Notes: generated by a model not told the origin, from the sequence alone. Shown: positions 1 to 9,419, numbered from the stretch's first letter. The stretch: 64,000 nt of DNA from Candidatus Binatia bacterium (GCA_963664015.2 CAXXLF010000002.1:160001-224000); one strand, 5' to 3'. A program made the numbers and translations.

Positions 1-141
1 ACCACCAAAGCCGCCGCAGATCAATACCGCCCCTTGTTCGGCAATGGCCTTACCAACGGATTCGGCAAGAGCAAGGGTGGACCTATCTGCATCGGTTCCG
101 CCTACCACAGAGATCTGAAGAAACTTGTTTTTTTGCGCCAT
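1..141 (-). CDS. TIGR00725/LOG-like Rossmann-fold protein, 5' part only (runs off the window edge)
   Basis: Manual translation from ATG at 141: MAQKNKFLQISVVGGTDADRSTLALAESVGKAIAEQGAVLICGGFGG; the ISVVGG...GAVLICGGxGG pattern fits this family. Confidence 0.75.
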   Translation of the reverse strand, partial: MAQKNKFLQISVVGGTDADRSTLALAESVGKAIAEQGAVLICGGFGG

Positions 142-212
142 AGAAGCCCCTCATCAATAAGAGTATTTTGATCGGTTGACTTTTCCCCCCAGCAATCTAT
201 TCTATAGAGACT

Positions 213-725
213 TTGATGGAATCCCCACAACAAAAACTAGCATCTAATTATGGCGAAGAGAAACTTCTCGCCGATGGGGTGGTGCTTACCCGCTTGGACA
301 AGGCTGTTGGCTGGGCGAGAAAGTATTCCATATTCCCATATCCTTTTGCCACGGCCTGTTGCGCAATGGAATTCATGTCTCTGACCATGGCTCCTTATGA
401 TATCGATCGATTTGGTGCCCTACTCCCTCGTTTCAGCCCACGCCAGGCCGATCTTCTTATGGTTATTGGAACTGTAAACCATAAGCTGTCACCTGTCCTC
501 AAGCGAATCTATGAACAGATGGGGGACCCCAAGTGGGTCATGGCATTCGGAGCTTGTGCTGCAAGTGGTGGTTTTTATGATAATTATGCCACGGTACAGG
601 GCATTGACCGCATTATTCCCGTGGATGTTTACGTCCCCGGCTGTCCCCCTCGCCCGGAAGCGGTTCTCGATGGGCTCATGGAACTTCAAGGCAGGATTGC
701 CCGGCAGAAACATCCACTGAGATAG
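213..725 (+). CDS. nuoB: NADH-quinone oxidoreductase subunit B (stand-alone copy)
   Basis: TACCAME, SPRQADL, GACAASGG and YVPGCPPRPE motifs; four N2-cluster cysteines present. Confidence 0.95.
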   Translation: MMESPQQKLASNYGEEKLLADGVVLTRLDKAVGWARKYSIFPYPFATACCAMEFMSLTMAPYDIDRFGALLPRFSPRQADLLMVIGTVNHKLSPVLKRIYEQMGDPKWVMAFGACAASGGFYDNYATVQGIDRIIPVDVYVPGCPPRPEAVLDGLMELQGRIARQKHPLR

Positions 726-741
726 AAAAGTCCAGCCGTAA

Positions 742-1068
742 ATGGCAAGCTCCGATGAAGGTGAAGCGCTCCAGGATATTCTGGGTAATATGGACCTGTT
801 CTACCACGGCGTCATTGTAAAGCTGTTTCCTAGAAACAACCTGGGAATTGTCCGTACCGCAAGCGGTCGTGAGATAGCCTTCGCGTACAATTTGGTCATT
901 GTTCTGAGTGATTCTCAGGATCCCAATGATCTGAAACAAGGACAAAAGGTTGGGTACGACCTGGGCTGGACGTCCAGCGGACTCAGGGTGACAAAGATCA
1001 AGGTCTACCCGGAACCCGGCGCTGAAGAGAAACCACCGAATCTAGAGGGGCAAGGTAGTCAAGGATAA
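742..1068 (+). CDS. small cold-shock/OB-fold-like hypothetical protein
   Basis: 16 bp after the nuoB stop; beta-strand pattern HGVIVKL..GIVRT..GREIAF..LKQGQKVGYDL resembles a CSD fold but lacks the canonical RNP aromatics. Confidence 0.6.
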   Translation: MASSDEGEALQDILGNMDLFYHGVIVKLFPRNNLGIVRTASGREIAFAYNLVIVLSDSQDPNDLKQGQKVGYDLGWTSSGLRVTKIKVYPEPGAEEKPPNLEGQGSQG

Positions 1069-1872
1069 GAGCTGCCTCCCCAATATCTCGCCGACTACGA
1101 CTCCCAACAAGGCAATATAAAAGAGACCGGTAGCCGCCATGGTGTTGGGTATCTTTAACGTCTGCCAAATCATATAGGATAGGATGAGTGGCCCCACCTG
1201 GGAGACACACAGCCTCGCAGCAAGCAAGAAGAAGTGGTCGTTCCACAATTTTTCGACTCCTTCGACCGCCTGCGGCGCCCCCAAGAAATAGAGTACTGCT
1301 GGTGCAAAGACCAGGAATGAAGTGTGGATAATGAGCACCACCACAAAAAACCTGAATACACGGAGAAAGGGATCCAAGCTTTGGCCGGCATCGATCAGAT
1401 ACCAATGACCTATCAGCATACCTACCGTGACAGCCCCAAGGAGGAGCGATGAGAGCAGAAAACTGAAGGGGTATAGAACAGTCTCGATAGATCCAATGGG
1501 CGCATCATGAAAACCGAAGGACGTGAGAACCAGGCCCGCAAGTCCAAGAAGTAACGCCGTTGAAAAGGCCCTGGCCCGAATCCACACGCGCTCCCCCCAC
1601 AAGGACACGAAATATATCAGAATGAGTACGACAAACAGGATGAAAATCGATAGATCGATCGTGGCCATCAAGCCATCGCCCGGCAGGTAGGACTTCAGAT
1701 AGAGGTCCACCTTGCCCCATAGGGCGAGGAGAGCCATGACCACGAGAACCCCGGTTGTTGATTTATAAAACCCTCGCTCCAAATCCTGGAATGGCGTTAC
1801 GGCCAATGCAAACAGCCCTCCCAAGGAGACTTGCTGTAAAAGAAAGAGAAAGCTAACTGGGTAGGTTTTCAT
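1042..1872 (-). CDS. multi-pass membrane protein (GHWYL motif), function unknown
   Basis: About 8 hydrophobic segments; start at 1872 overlaps the ubiE stop (ATGA). Confidence 0.75.
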   Translation of the reverse strand: MKTYPVSFLFLLQQVSLGGLFALAVTPFQDLERGFYKSTTGVLVVMALLALWGKVDLYLKSYLPGDGLMATIDLSIFILFVVLILIYFVSLWGERVWIRARAFSTALLLGLAGLVLTSFGFHDAPIGSIETVLYPFSFLLSSLLLGAVTVGMLIGHWYLIDAGQSLDPFLRVFRFFVVVLIIHTSFLVFAPAVLYFLGAPQAVEGVEKLWNDHFFLLAARLCVSQVGPLILSYMIWQTLKIPNTMAATGLFYIALLGVVVGEILGRQLLSLTTLPL

Positions 1873-2597
1873 GGTTTGTGTGGCTTTTGCGCAATGTGAA
1901 GGCAAACAGCTCCTCGAAGAAATCTCTCGATTCTAATTCCCTTAAAGCCCGCATTAGCGATCACTTCAGCAATGCTCTCTGGGCCAGCGAAACCCTTGAC
2001 CGATTCTGAGAGATAACGATAGGCGCCTCCATGGCGGGTCAGGCCGGCTCCGATCCATGGCACCAGACGAAAAAAATAGAGCGAATAGAAGACATAGAAA
2101 AGACCCTTGCGGGGGGGGAACATGTCCAGAGTGGCTAACCGTCCTCCGGGTTTCAAGAGACGGTAAGCCTCGACAAAGAAAAGATTGAGGTCAGAGACAT
2201 TTCGCAAAACGAAGCCCGTCATGACAGCCTCGAAACTATTGTTCTTGAAGGGGGCTGCAAGGGCACTACCCAGGACGAACAGGGTCTTATCGCCACCCGT
2301 ATGATTTTTCTTTTTAGCATTGGCTAATTGGAGCATTTTCGGTGCAAAGTCCAATCCGACCACCCTGCCCTCGGCTGCGAGTCCATTGGCTGCTGTAAAG
2401 GCCAGGTCTCCGGTTCCGCTCCCTAGGTCCAAAATGTTTACCTTTTTCTCCGCGAGGTTAAGGCTTTTTACGGCCTTCTTGCGCCAGATGGTATCCAGAT
2501 GAAAACTGATTATCCGGTTGAGAAGATCGTAACGGCCGGCGATTCTATCAAAGATCTGCTGTACAAATCTTTCATGCTGGTTTCTAGGTGAAGGCAT
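1869..2597 (-). CDS. ubiE: ubiquinone/menaquinone biosynthesis C-methyltransferase (UbiE/MenG)
   Basis: FDRIAGRYDLLN, LDLGSGTGD (SAM motif I), FVLRNV, AYRYLSESV. Confidence 0.92.
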   Translation of the reverse strand: MPSPRNQHERFVQQIFDRIAGRYDLLNRIISFHLDTIWRKKAVKSLNLAEKKVNILDLGSGTGDLAFTAANGLAAEGRVVGLDFAPKMLQLANAKKKNHTGGDKTLFVLGSALAAPFKNNSFEAVMTGFVLRNVSDLNLFFVEAYRLLKPGGRLATLDMFPPRKGLFYVFYSLYFFRLVPWIGAGLTRHGGAYRYLSESVKGFAGPESIAEVIANAGFKGIRIERFLRGAVCLHIAQKPHKP

Positions 2598-2635
2598 GGC
2601 CCGATTGTGGAGACCAAGGGCAGACGGGGATAAGG

Positions 2636-3721
2636 TCAGAAATCCCTTTCGACAATGAGACGAGCCAGGCTCTCGAGCCCGTTTCGATAGATGGATGGTT
2701 CAAGCTTCTCAATAAGTTTAGTGGCCTCAAGGGCGTATCCCTTGGACATCACTTTAGCCTGGTGAATGGATTTACCTTGCCTCATAGCCTCGATGGCACC
2801 TTGGATACACAACTCGGATGGATGCGGCGATTCAAAGGCCTCCATAACGGTTTTCTCTCCTTCATTAACCGATAAAACGATCGGCAATGACGGATTCCCG
2901 TCTCGAAGATCCATGCCAATAGGCTTTCCCAGCAACTCTTTGTGGCCTATCACATCCAGGACGTCGTCAATCATCTGAAAGGCCATCCCCAGGTTGAGAC
3001 CGTATTCCTTCATCTGTCGGATGGACTCGTCCCCTCCATCGGCCATGTAGGCCCCGAGTTGGGCCCCAGTCTGGAACAATGAGGCGGTTTTGCGTTTGAT
3101 AATCCGTAGATAATCTTCGAAAGTAACCGTCCTGTTACGGTTAAATGAACTCTGAAGCATCTCCCCCTCAGTCAAACGTGTGCACGCATCAGCAGTCCAC
3201 TGAACCACCGTCTCGTCGAATTTTCCGGCAAATTCGAAGGCCTTAATAAACAGGAAATCACCCGTGACCAGCGTCGATTTGAGCCCAAATTTCTTATAGG
3301 CCGATTCTTTCCCTCGTCGCACATCGGCGCCGTCGATAATGTCATCGTGAAGCAGGGTGGCTGTATGAAGGAGTTCCAGGGCGGTAGCGATGTCAACCAT
3401 CTCTTCCGTTCGGGTGCCGCCGCATGCCTTGAAAGCGAGCAAGGCCACGAGCGGGCGGACCCTTTTCCCCCCGCTATCGATCAGGTGAGCAGAAATCTCC
3501 GTCAATGTCCGTTCGCTTGAGCGAATAGATTTTGCCAGATTTTTTTCGACCAGATCGAGCTCGGTGGCAAGGCAATCGAATAGATCCTCCGACTTCATCG
3601 GTAGGTCGGTCGAGTTTTGCCCATTGCTTAAAGGGACGGTGTTTTGCATCTGATTAATATTAGGTGTGGGTGCCGGTTGAGCTCCCCGCTCTGTATCGGT
3701 GACAATGGCAAAAAGTGGCAT
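2636..3721 (-). CDS. long-chain polyprenyl diphosphate synthase (IspB/HepT-like); true start may be near 3598
   Basis: GGKRVRP, ATLLHDDIID (small residue 5 before the first Asp-rich motif indicates long chain), KTASLF, FQMIDDVLD. Confidence 0.9.
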   Translation of the reverse strand: MPLFAIVTDTERGAQPAPTPNINQMQNTVPLSNGQNSTDLPMKSEDLFDCLATELDLVEKNLAKSIRSSERTLTEISAHLIDSGGKRVRPLVALLAFKACGGTRTEEMVDIATALELLHTATLLHDDIIDGADVRRGKESAYKKFGLKSTLVTGDFLFIKAFEFAGKFDETVVQWTADACTRLTEGEMLQSSFNRNRTVTFEDYLRIIKRKTASLFQTGAQLGAYMADGGDESIRQMKEYGLNLGMAFQMIDDVLDVIGHKELLGKPIGMDLRDGNPSLPIVLSVNEGEKTVMEAFESPHPSELCIQGAIEAMRQGKSIHQAKVMSKGYALEATKLIEKLEPSIYRNGLESLARLIVERDF

Positions 3722-4020
3722 ATATCCATAGCCAGGTCAAGCTGAACCTCTAGCGACGGAGCCGAAACCGGTGGCAATCGAAAAGCCCTACCCCTGTCCC
3801 CCACCCGAGGGCTGGGCGTTAGATCGAATGAAAGGTTGATGGGTTGCTGGCGCTCGTTCTTCATCCTGAAGAATCCCATCGCCTCATCCGGTTTGCAGAA
3901 GTTGCTGGCAACTTGGATCTCTAAAGGTGCCTAGTCTCGTATTTTCCCTTGACAACTTTGCACCAAGCTTAATATATAGGGAACGTAGTCAACATTAACA
4001 GGGGACGAAGGAGGCCGTTC

Positions 4021-4716
4021 ATGGAAGCTTATCTCTTTATTTTGCGTTGGATTCATTTCCTTTCCGGTATTACGTGGATTGGCATTCTCTATTATTTTAA
4101 TTTCGTACAGACACCGTTTTTTGCAGAGACCGAGGCTCCGGTTAGAAGCGGTGCCGTTCAAAAATTGGTCCCTCGCGCTCTCTGGTGGTTCCGCTGGGGC
4201 GCCATGTTTACCTTCTTGTCAGGCATTCTGATGTATATGCACAAGCTGGCAGAGGTGGGAAGCTCCATCTATTTCGCTTCCCCTTACGGGCTGGCAATAA
4301 CCATAGGCGGAACGATGGGAACACTGATGTTCCTGAATGTTTGGCTGGTGATCTGGCCCGCGCAAAAGGTCGTGATCGCTTCGGCGGTTCAGGTTGCTGA
4401 GGGTGGACAAGCCATTCCCGAGGCCGCCCGCCGTGCCCGGAGGGCTTCGCTTGCATCAAGGACCAATACGCTGTTTTCGATTCCCATGCTCTTCTTCATG
4501 GGCGCCGCCAGTCACTATCCTTCAATCGGTGCGGCAATGGGATCGGCAACAGGATTTTGGGTTGTCGCTCTTGGGATTATTGCTGTCGTGGAACTGAATT
4601 GTCTAGTGGGGACCCAGGGCGCTGCCAAGAAGCCTTTGGATTCGGTTTCGGGTACCATTTGGTCAGGTTTTCTGCTGACTCTGATGCTCTGGCTGGTCTT
4701 CAGGTTCCTCTTATAA
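4021..4716 (+). CDS. urate hydroxylase PuuD-like (DUF989) membrane protein without a cytochrome c domain
   Basis: RWIHFLSGITWIGILYYFNFVQ, WWFRWGA, MFLNVWLVIWPAQK, SRTNTLFSIPMLFFM; GGAGG RBS. Confidence 0.8.
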   Translation: MEAYLFILRWIHFLSGITWIGILYYFNFVQTPFFAETEAPVRSGAVQKLVPRALWWFRWGAMFTFLSGILMYMHKLAEVGSSIYFASPYGLAITIGGTMGTLMFLNVWLVIWPAQKVVIASAVQVAEGGQAIPEAARRARRASLASRTNTLFSIPMLFFMGAASHYPSIGAAMGSATGFWVVALGIIAVVELNCLVGTQGAAKKPLDSVSGTIWSGFLLTLMLWLVFRFLL

Positions 4717-4735
4717 TAGAGGAGTCTGCGGGCGC

Positions 4736-5086
4736 TCAGCGAAGATAGACTGCAATGTCCGGAATCGCTTTTCTGAGGTGCGGAAAGGCCGGCATGGCAA
4801 CAGACTTGCGCTTGGGAACATAACCAAGAGGATATTTTCGGTGGAGGATTCGGGCCTCCAGTAAAACCTGGGAAGATCCTTTAAGGGCTGGTCCCGTTGG
4901 TCCATCCTTCGCCGGGTCCCTGTTGTGGCAGGGGGTACAGTTTACTAGGAAGAGTTTCCTTCCCCGGTCCGGATTGGGGCCTTGGGTCGATGCTGTCTTG
5001 TTATTCGAATCCCCGAAACAAGCCATCAGGCCCATTACGAGACAAAGAGAACTCAGAGAAAGATATATAGAAGTTCGACCGAGCAC
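4736..5086 (-). CDS. monoheme cytochrome c, probable lipoprotein
   Basis: Hydrophobic N-terminus with LMAC lipobox-like motif; CTPCH heme site; distal MPAF. Confidence 0.85.
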   Translation of the reverse strand: MLGRTSIYLSLSSLCLVMGLMACFGDSNNKTASTQGPNPDRGRKLFLVNCTPCHNRDPAKDGPTGPALKGSSQVLLEARILHRKYPLGYVPKRKSVAMPAFPHLRKAIPDIAVYLR

Positions 5087-5179
5087 GCTAGAAATTTAGC
5101 CTACCTCAATTTACATCGCAACATCCGGAATCCCCCTCCTGTGCCAAAAGTGACAACCGTTCGACCCCCGATTCATTCA

Positions 5180-6175
5180 TTATCCGGCCAAATCGGGCAC
5201 CTCGACCAATTGGGAGGGGTTTCGGATGTCTTGCTTCCAAAGCTCAAGTAATTTCTTAGCAATTGGACCGGGCCGGCCGGTACCGATAGTCCGATTGTCC
5301 CACTCGACAACGGGTACAATTTTAATTGTACTACCAAAAAGAAGCATCTCTGCCGCCGCGTAACCTTCTTCAATAGATACATCGTAAAAAACAATATCCT
5401 TCAGGTCTCCCTGCTGAACCAGGCGGCGAGCGAGTTGGGCCATGCGCCGAACGGTGATACCCGTAAGGATAGATTCAAAAGAAGGGTGACGAAGGATTAG
5501 GTCCTTGTCCACAAAAGCAACGTTCATGTTGGAGCCTTCCCCAATCATGCCCTGACGGTCAAGGAAAATTCCGTTTTGGGCCCCCCGGTCCTTCGCATCG
5601 AGGACCACTAGCGCGTTGGGCAGGTAATTCGTCGATTTGATGCGAGCAAAAAACGGAGCCTTTATGGGTATGGAACTGGTTACGACTTTGATTCCTTCAG
5701 TATAATACCACTCCGGATAGCCCGCCTGCCTAAAGATCATTACATAGAAGGCACTGGCGATGCATTCGCTGGAATCCAAGCCGAACCCACCTGGCCCAGC
5801 TGAAAGCCAGTAGCGAACAGAGCCGCCACGGTGCCCACTTGCGGCTGCAGTGTCCAAAATAATCTGCCGTATCCGCTCTGGGTTAAAAGGGAGCGGAATG
5901 CGCGCTAATTTGGCCGAATCGTAAAAGCGCTGTAGATGATCGTCCAGTTGGTAAAGCCTGCCATCAATCAACGTGGCGGTATCGAAAATACCATGGCCGC
6001 GATGCACCATGTGATCGTCAAGGGGAATGAGCATCAGAGCCGGATCGGTGACAATCCCTTCGATCCGGCTGGAGTACATGGCAAAGAAATTCCCCGCATT
6101 GGAATGAACCGCCCGCCGTAATCCATCGACTGCTTGTTGGGTTGTAAAAAGCGGGGTTTTCACAACACTCGGCAT
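5180..6175 (-). CDS. class IV PLP aminotransferase (D-amino-acid transaminase/ADC lyase type)
   Basis: DDHMVHRGHGIFDT, KSTNYLPN (PLP Lys), EGSNMN, ILTGIT. Confidence 0.9.
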   Translation of the reverse strand: MPSVVKTPLFTTQQAVDGLRRAVHSNAGNFFAMYSSRIEGIVTDPALMLIPLDDHMVHRGHGIFDTATLIDGRLYQLDDHLQRFYDSAKLARIPLPFNPERIRQIILDTAAASGHRGGSVRYWLSAGPGGFGLDSSECIASAFYVMIFRQAGYPEWYYTEGIKVVTSSIPIKAPFFARIKSTNYLPNALVVLDAKDRGAQNGIFLDRQGMIGEGSNMNVAFVDKDLILRHPSFESILTGITVRRMAQLARRLVQQGDLKDIVFYDVSIEEGYAAAEMLLFGSTIKIVPVVEWDNRTIGTGRPGPIAKKLLELWKQDIRNPSQLVEVPDLAG

Positions 6176-6338
6176 ACGTCTTTTCCCCTTAAAAAACGGT
6201 AAGCATTCCATAAATAAATTTTAAACCGGACCATAGAAGACAATACGTGCACGAATTGTATGGATGGCTTAGCTCTCGCCCGCGGTCTGAATTCAAGCTA
6301 CCAGCGAGAGGATACGTACAAATCAGAAGGAGCCTTTT

Positions 6339-6563
6339 CTAGGTTCGCTGATACCTGCGGGCGAAGAAACGCGCTCCAAAAAAACCGATAATTCCGACGA
6401 ATATCATGACCAGCCCAATGGATATCGCTCCGGACTTTGCATCCGTCGAGTATGCTGAGATAATAACGAAAAGCCCCAACCCGGCCACAAGACCAAGGCT
6501 ATGCTGTATTGCAGTCCAAATCTTCACAGATTGATACCAATTCACCGTCTGATTTAATTTCAT
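6339..6563 (-). CDS. small two-helix membrane protein, hypothetical
   Basis: Two hydrophobic segments and a basic tail; start uncertain. Confidence 0.4.
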   Translation of the reverse strand: MKLNQTVNWYQSVKIWTAIQHSLGLVAGLGLFVIISAYSTDAKSGAISIGLVMIFVGIIGFFGARFFARRYQRT

Positions 6564-6881
6564 ACCACAATGGAGGCACAAAGCAATGAAGAGAATGAGA
6601 ATCCCTGACACCACAGGCCCAAAACACCCTAGCGCTCGGTTATCCGCCTTCCCAGACGACCATGGGAGCCTACTCGGTGGTAGCAGCACAGCCACGCAGG
6701 CTGGATAAGCCCATGGGGAATGGGTCAGTCGGCCTCTCAGACCTTCGTTGGCCATATTCGATTTCGGTCAGCGACGGCCGAGTCTCAAGACCTGAATGTG
6801 GGCGCATCGTGGAATTCCCCGAAGAAATACGGCTGGAAGGCCCAGGAGGCTTTATTTTCGTTCCGGAGGATATCTGGATTG

Positions 6882-7495
6882 CTAGCGGTGTGCCAAGTTC
6901 AATGGCATGAATTGATACGTTCTATGGAACCTAAAACTTGAGGTGACTTCAAGCAGGATCAATAGGTTAGAAACAAGCGCCTTGAAATAAGCCGGGATCG
7001 ATCGAATACGGGCGAGGTGACTTCGACGTCCAGTCGACGTGTGTTCTTTGTCGCCATTCAAGATCTGATTGATCCCTTCCATAAGTTGCCTCTTAGTCAA
7101 CCGCATAGGAATATAACAATCTGCCCCTGACTTATAGCCCTCCAGTGTGTTTTCAAACTGAATCTTTGCCGTAACCATAATGACCGGTATCGTAGCCGTT
7201 TCGGGGGAACCTTTCAGTCGGATCAGTACTTCGAATCCATGCATGTGGGGCATCATAACATCAAGAATGATCAGGTCGGGGTTTTTCTCTCCCAGGGAAG
7301 TAAACAGTTGGCGACCACTGTAGGCACAGAGGACATTGAATCCATTGTGCTCGAGAATTAGCCTGAGAATGGTGACCAGATCCGGGTCGTCGTCAAGAAC
7401 GAAGATGGTCTGTTTCTCGTGGGCTTTTTAACCACCAGGGAAGGGCTTTCTGCTTTTGCCGTCCACTTCTCTATGCTCATCCAATTGTCTCCCAT
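6882..7495 (-). pseudogene. degenerate single-domain response regulator (REC)
   Basis: Frame reads QTIFVLDDDPD...PDLIILDVMMP...IMVTAK. In-frame TAA at 7428-7430 separates it from any start codon, and the conserved KP is replaced by IPMR. Confidence 0.65.
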
Positions 7496-7517
7496 AAGTC
7501 TAGATGGATCAATGAGA

Positions 7518-7534
7518 AGCTAGAAATGTGCCAA
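7518..7534 (-). promoter_or_regulatory. putative sigma-54 -24/-12 promoter
   Basis: TTGGCAC-ATTTC-TAGCT on the minus strand (GG-N10-GC), upstream of the REC gene. Confidence 0.5.
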
Positions 7535-8399
7535 AGGGTTGGGCGGCCAACGCTCTCTAATTAATTTTAGGAGTTTCAGGGATTTATCCAACATGCTGAA
7601 AGGATTGTCCAATGCGATCCTTACCGGGGTTGCAGTGGGATTGTTACAAATTGTGTCGACTCGTCACCTATTTTACCATCGTGCTACGATTGATACGGTC
7701 GGTAAAGTCCCCGTATGCACAGGCTCCGGTTACTAGGATGTACAGGATAAAACAGGGGGGGGGCCTAAGCAAGGAACCGATAGACACCGTGAAACCGTCT
7801 AATATGGAAACACCTGATTCAATCTGGCCTAGTCTCGCGCGTTCCTTTCACATCCGCATTTACCACTAACAGCGCAACTACTCTAATTTTCAATGGATTC
7901 CTGTCTGGCATAACTTTGGCTTTAGTGTAGAGGAAGACAGCGCCGAAAATGAATAGCGCAGACAAGGATAGCAAACAAGGATCAAGAAATACTTTTACGA
8001 TTTCATCGAATATTCGGGACTTATCTCTATCACCTGGTATTTTGGAATTTTGTAAAAGCACCCCGAAATAATCATTCCTCTCCTTGTTCTCTGGATCGCA
8101 GAAGGCGAGATTCATAACCTGTTTAACAGAGTACGCTAGATAAGTAATCTGTACAGTTCTCCCCTGCCCTTAGGCTTCCCTGCCGCCGCACACGCCTTAC
8201 AATCATTTCACTAACCAACGGTATTTACGACAACTTGCAGCCTTCTGCTACAACGCACCTGATCGTTGAGAGGAGAAGGGATCCATCTGCCAGAACCGTA
8301 GAGAAAAGAAGCAGCCTGTTCCCCCGGCAAGTTTTTACGAGCTTTTGACTATGGTTTCTTTGATTTCATCACTGGAATTGCCCGAAGCGCCCTCCTTCG

Positions 8400-8469
8400 C
8401 TTGCCCCGTGGAGTAGTTTTTTACTCGGGGGTTCTCATCTTGATCGTGGGAAGTACTCCACGGGGCGAG
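8400..8469. repeat. small inverted-repeat element, copy 1 (GCCCCGTGGAGTA-N38-TACTCCACGGGGC)
   Basis: 13-bp perfect arms at 8403-8415 and 8454-8466; second copy at 45360-45423. Confidence 0.8.
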
Positions 8470-8687
8470 TTGAGCTTCAGCCGTCGCGGGCCGTAGTCGG
8501 CTATGGCCGACGAAGGTCTGAGAATTCGACCGTGACTTTAATCCATGGGCTTAGTCCTTGCTCTACTGGGAAAACGGGAAATACAAAGAAAAATACGGGA
8601 GAGCCCTCTGAATCAGGGCTCGTTGTCGGGAGTGAGTCGTTGTATGGACGCCCGGCACTCACGTGCTGGGCCCTGAATGGCGTGCGG

Positions 8688-8730
8688 GTAACCTCCCAAT
8701 CGTGCCCCTAGGGGCACGATTGGAGGTTAC
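8688..8730. repeat. 28-bp perfect palindrome (REP-like or terminator hairpin) abutting the DUF2914 stop
   Basis: CCAATCGTGCCCCT|AGGGGCACGATTGG at 8696-8723; extends with one bulge to 8688-8730, overlapping the stop codon. Confidence 0.75.
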
Positions 8731-9176
8731 TGGACTTCGAAATGGGCGACGCAGAGAACCTTGCTCGGATCGCTAGCCGTGGTTACTTCGACACTCCATT
8801 TTCCGATATGGAAGTTGGGATCGATAATTTTAGAACTCCAGGTGCGATAGCCGGACGATTCACCAAGGTTTTGCTCTACCGTAGCAACCTCCATGCCATC
8901 CTTATACCAACGGTGGCGAAGGACACCCCCTGTGGCCGACTTGATTCGGTTCCACAAATAGACCTTGCGATCTTCTTGTGAATTGATTACGGGAACCTGC
9001 CCGCTGGGTTGGGATTTATTGCCACAGTAGGTCCCGGGCTGAAAAGGGGCAACCGGCTCTCGGTCTGATACATCCCGAGCAAATATGATTTCGACAATTT
9101 CCTGACCCGAGGAAAGGGTTGGAAAGGCCACTAAGGTCGTAAAAACTAAAAGAGAAACGATAAGGAATCCAGGCAT
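8727..9176 (-). CDS. DUF2914 domain secreted protein
   Basis: Signal peptide; VSDREP, HRWY, GYRTWSSK, GKWSVEV; GGAGG RBS. Confidence 0.85.
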   Translation of the reverse strand: MPGFLIVSLLVFTTLVAFPTLSSGQEIVEIIFARDVSDREPVAPFQPGTYCGNKSQPSGQVPVINSQEDRKVYLWNRIKSATGGVLRHRWYKDGMEVATVEQNLGESSGYRTWSSKIIDPNFHIGKWSVEVTTASDPSKVLCVAHFEVQ

Positions 9177-9215
9177 AATTTAACCTCCTGAACTTTGCTT
9201 CTGAGGGAATATAGC

Positions 9216-9232
9216 AGCAATTGGGATGCCAA
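9216..9232 (-). promoter_or_regulatory. sigma-54 -24/-12 promoter for the DUF2914 gene
   Basis: TTGGCAT-CCCAA-TTGCT on the minus strand, near consensus, about 40 bp upstream of the ATG. Confidence 0.7.
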
Positions 9233-9419
9233 TGGGTAAGTGTTGTATTCTATTAGAGTTTGCCTCTTGTCGATTGATAAAAGTGTACCATTCTGGGAAT
9301 TTATTTGCAAAATTGTTCATTCGATTCTTGTTGAATGCCTCTATCCTCCCATCATCCGGCCCTGCACTAACAAAATCGCTGGATAATTTAAGCCTCCACG
9401 GGCCAATCTAGCCCTTCTG

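Noticed and set aside
213-725. Hydrogenase small subunit
   Set aside because: The adjacent CC in TACCAME and the SPRQAD motif identify NuoB.
7819-8115. 98-aa AT-rich ORF as a real gene
   Set aside because: No RBS or recognisable motif; it may be a remnant, but support is insufficient.
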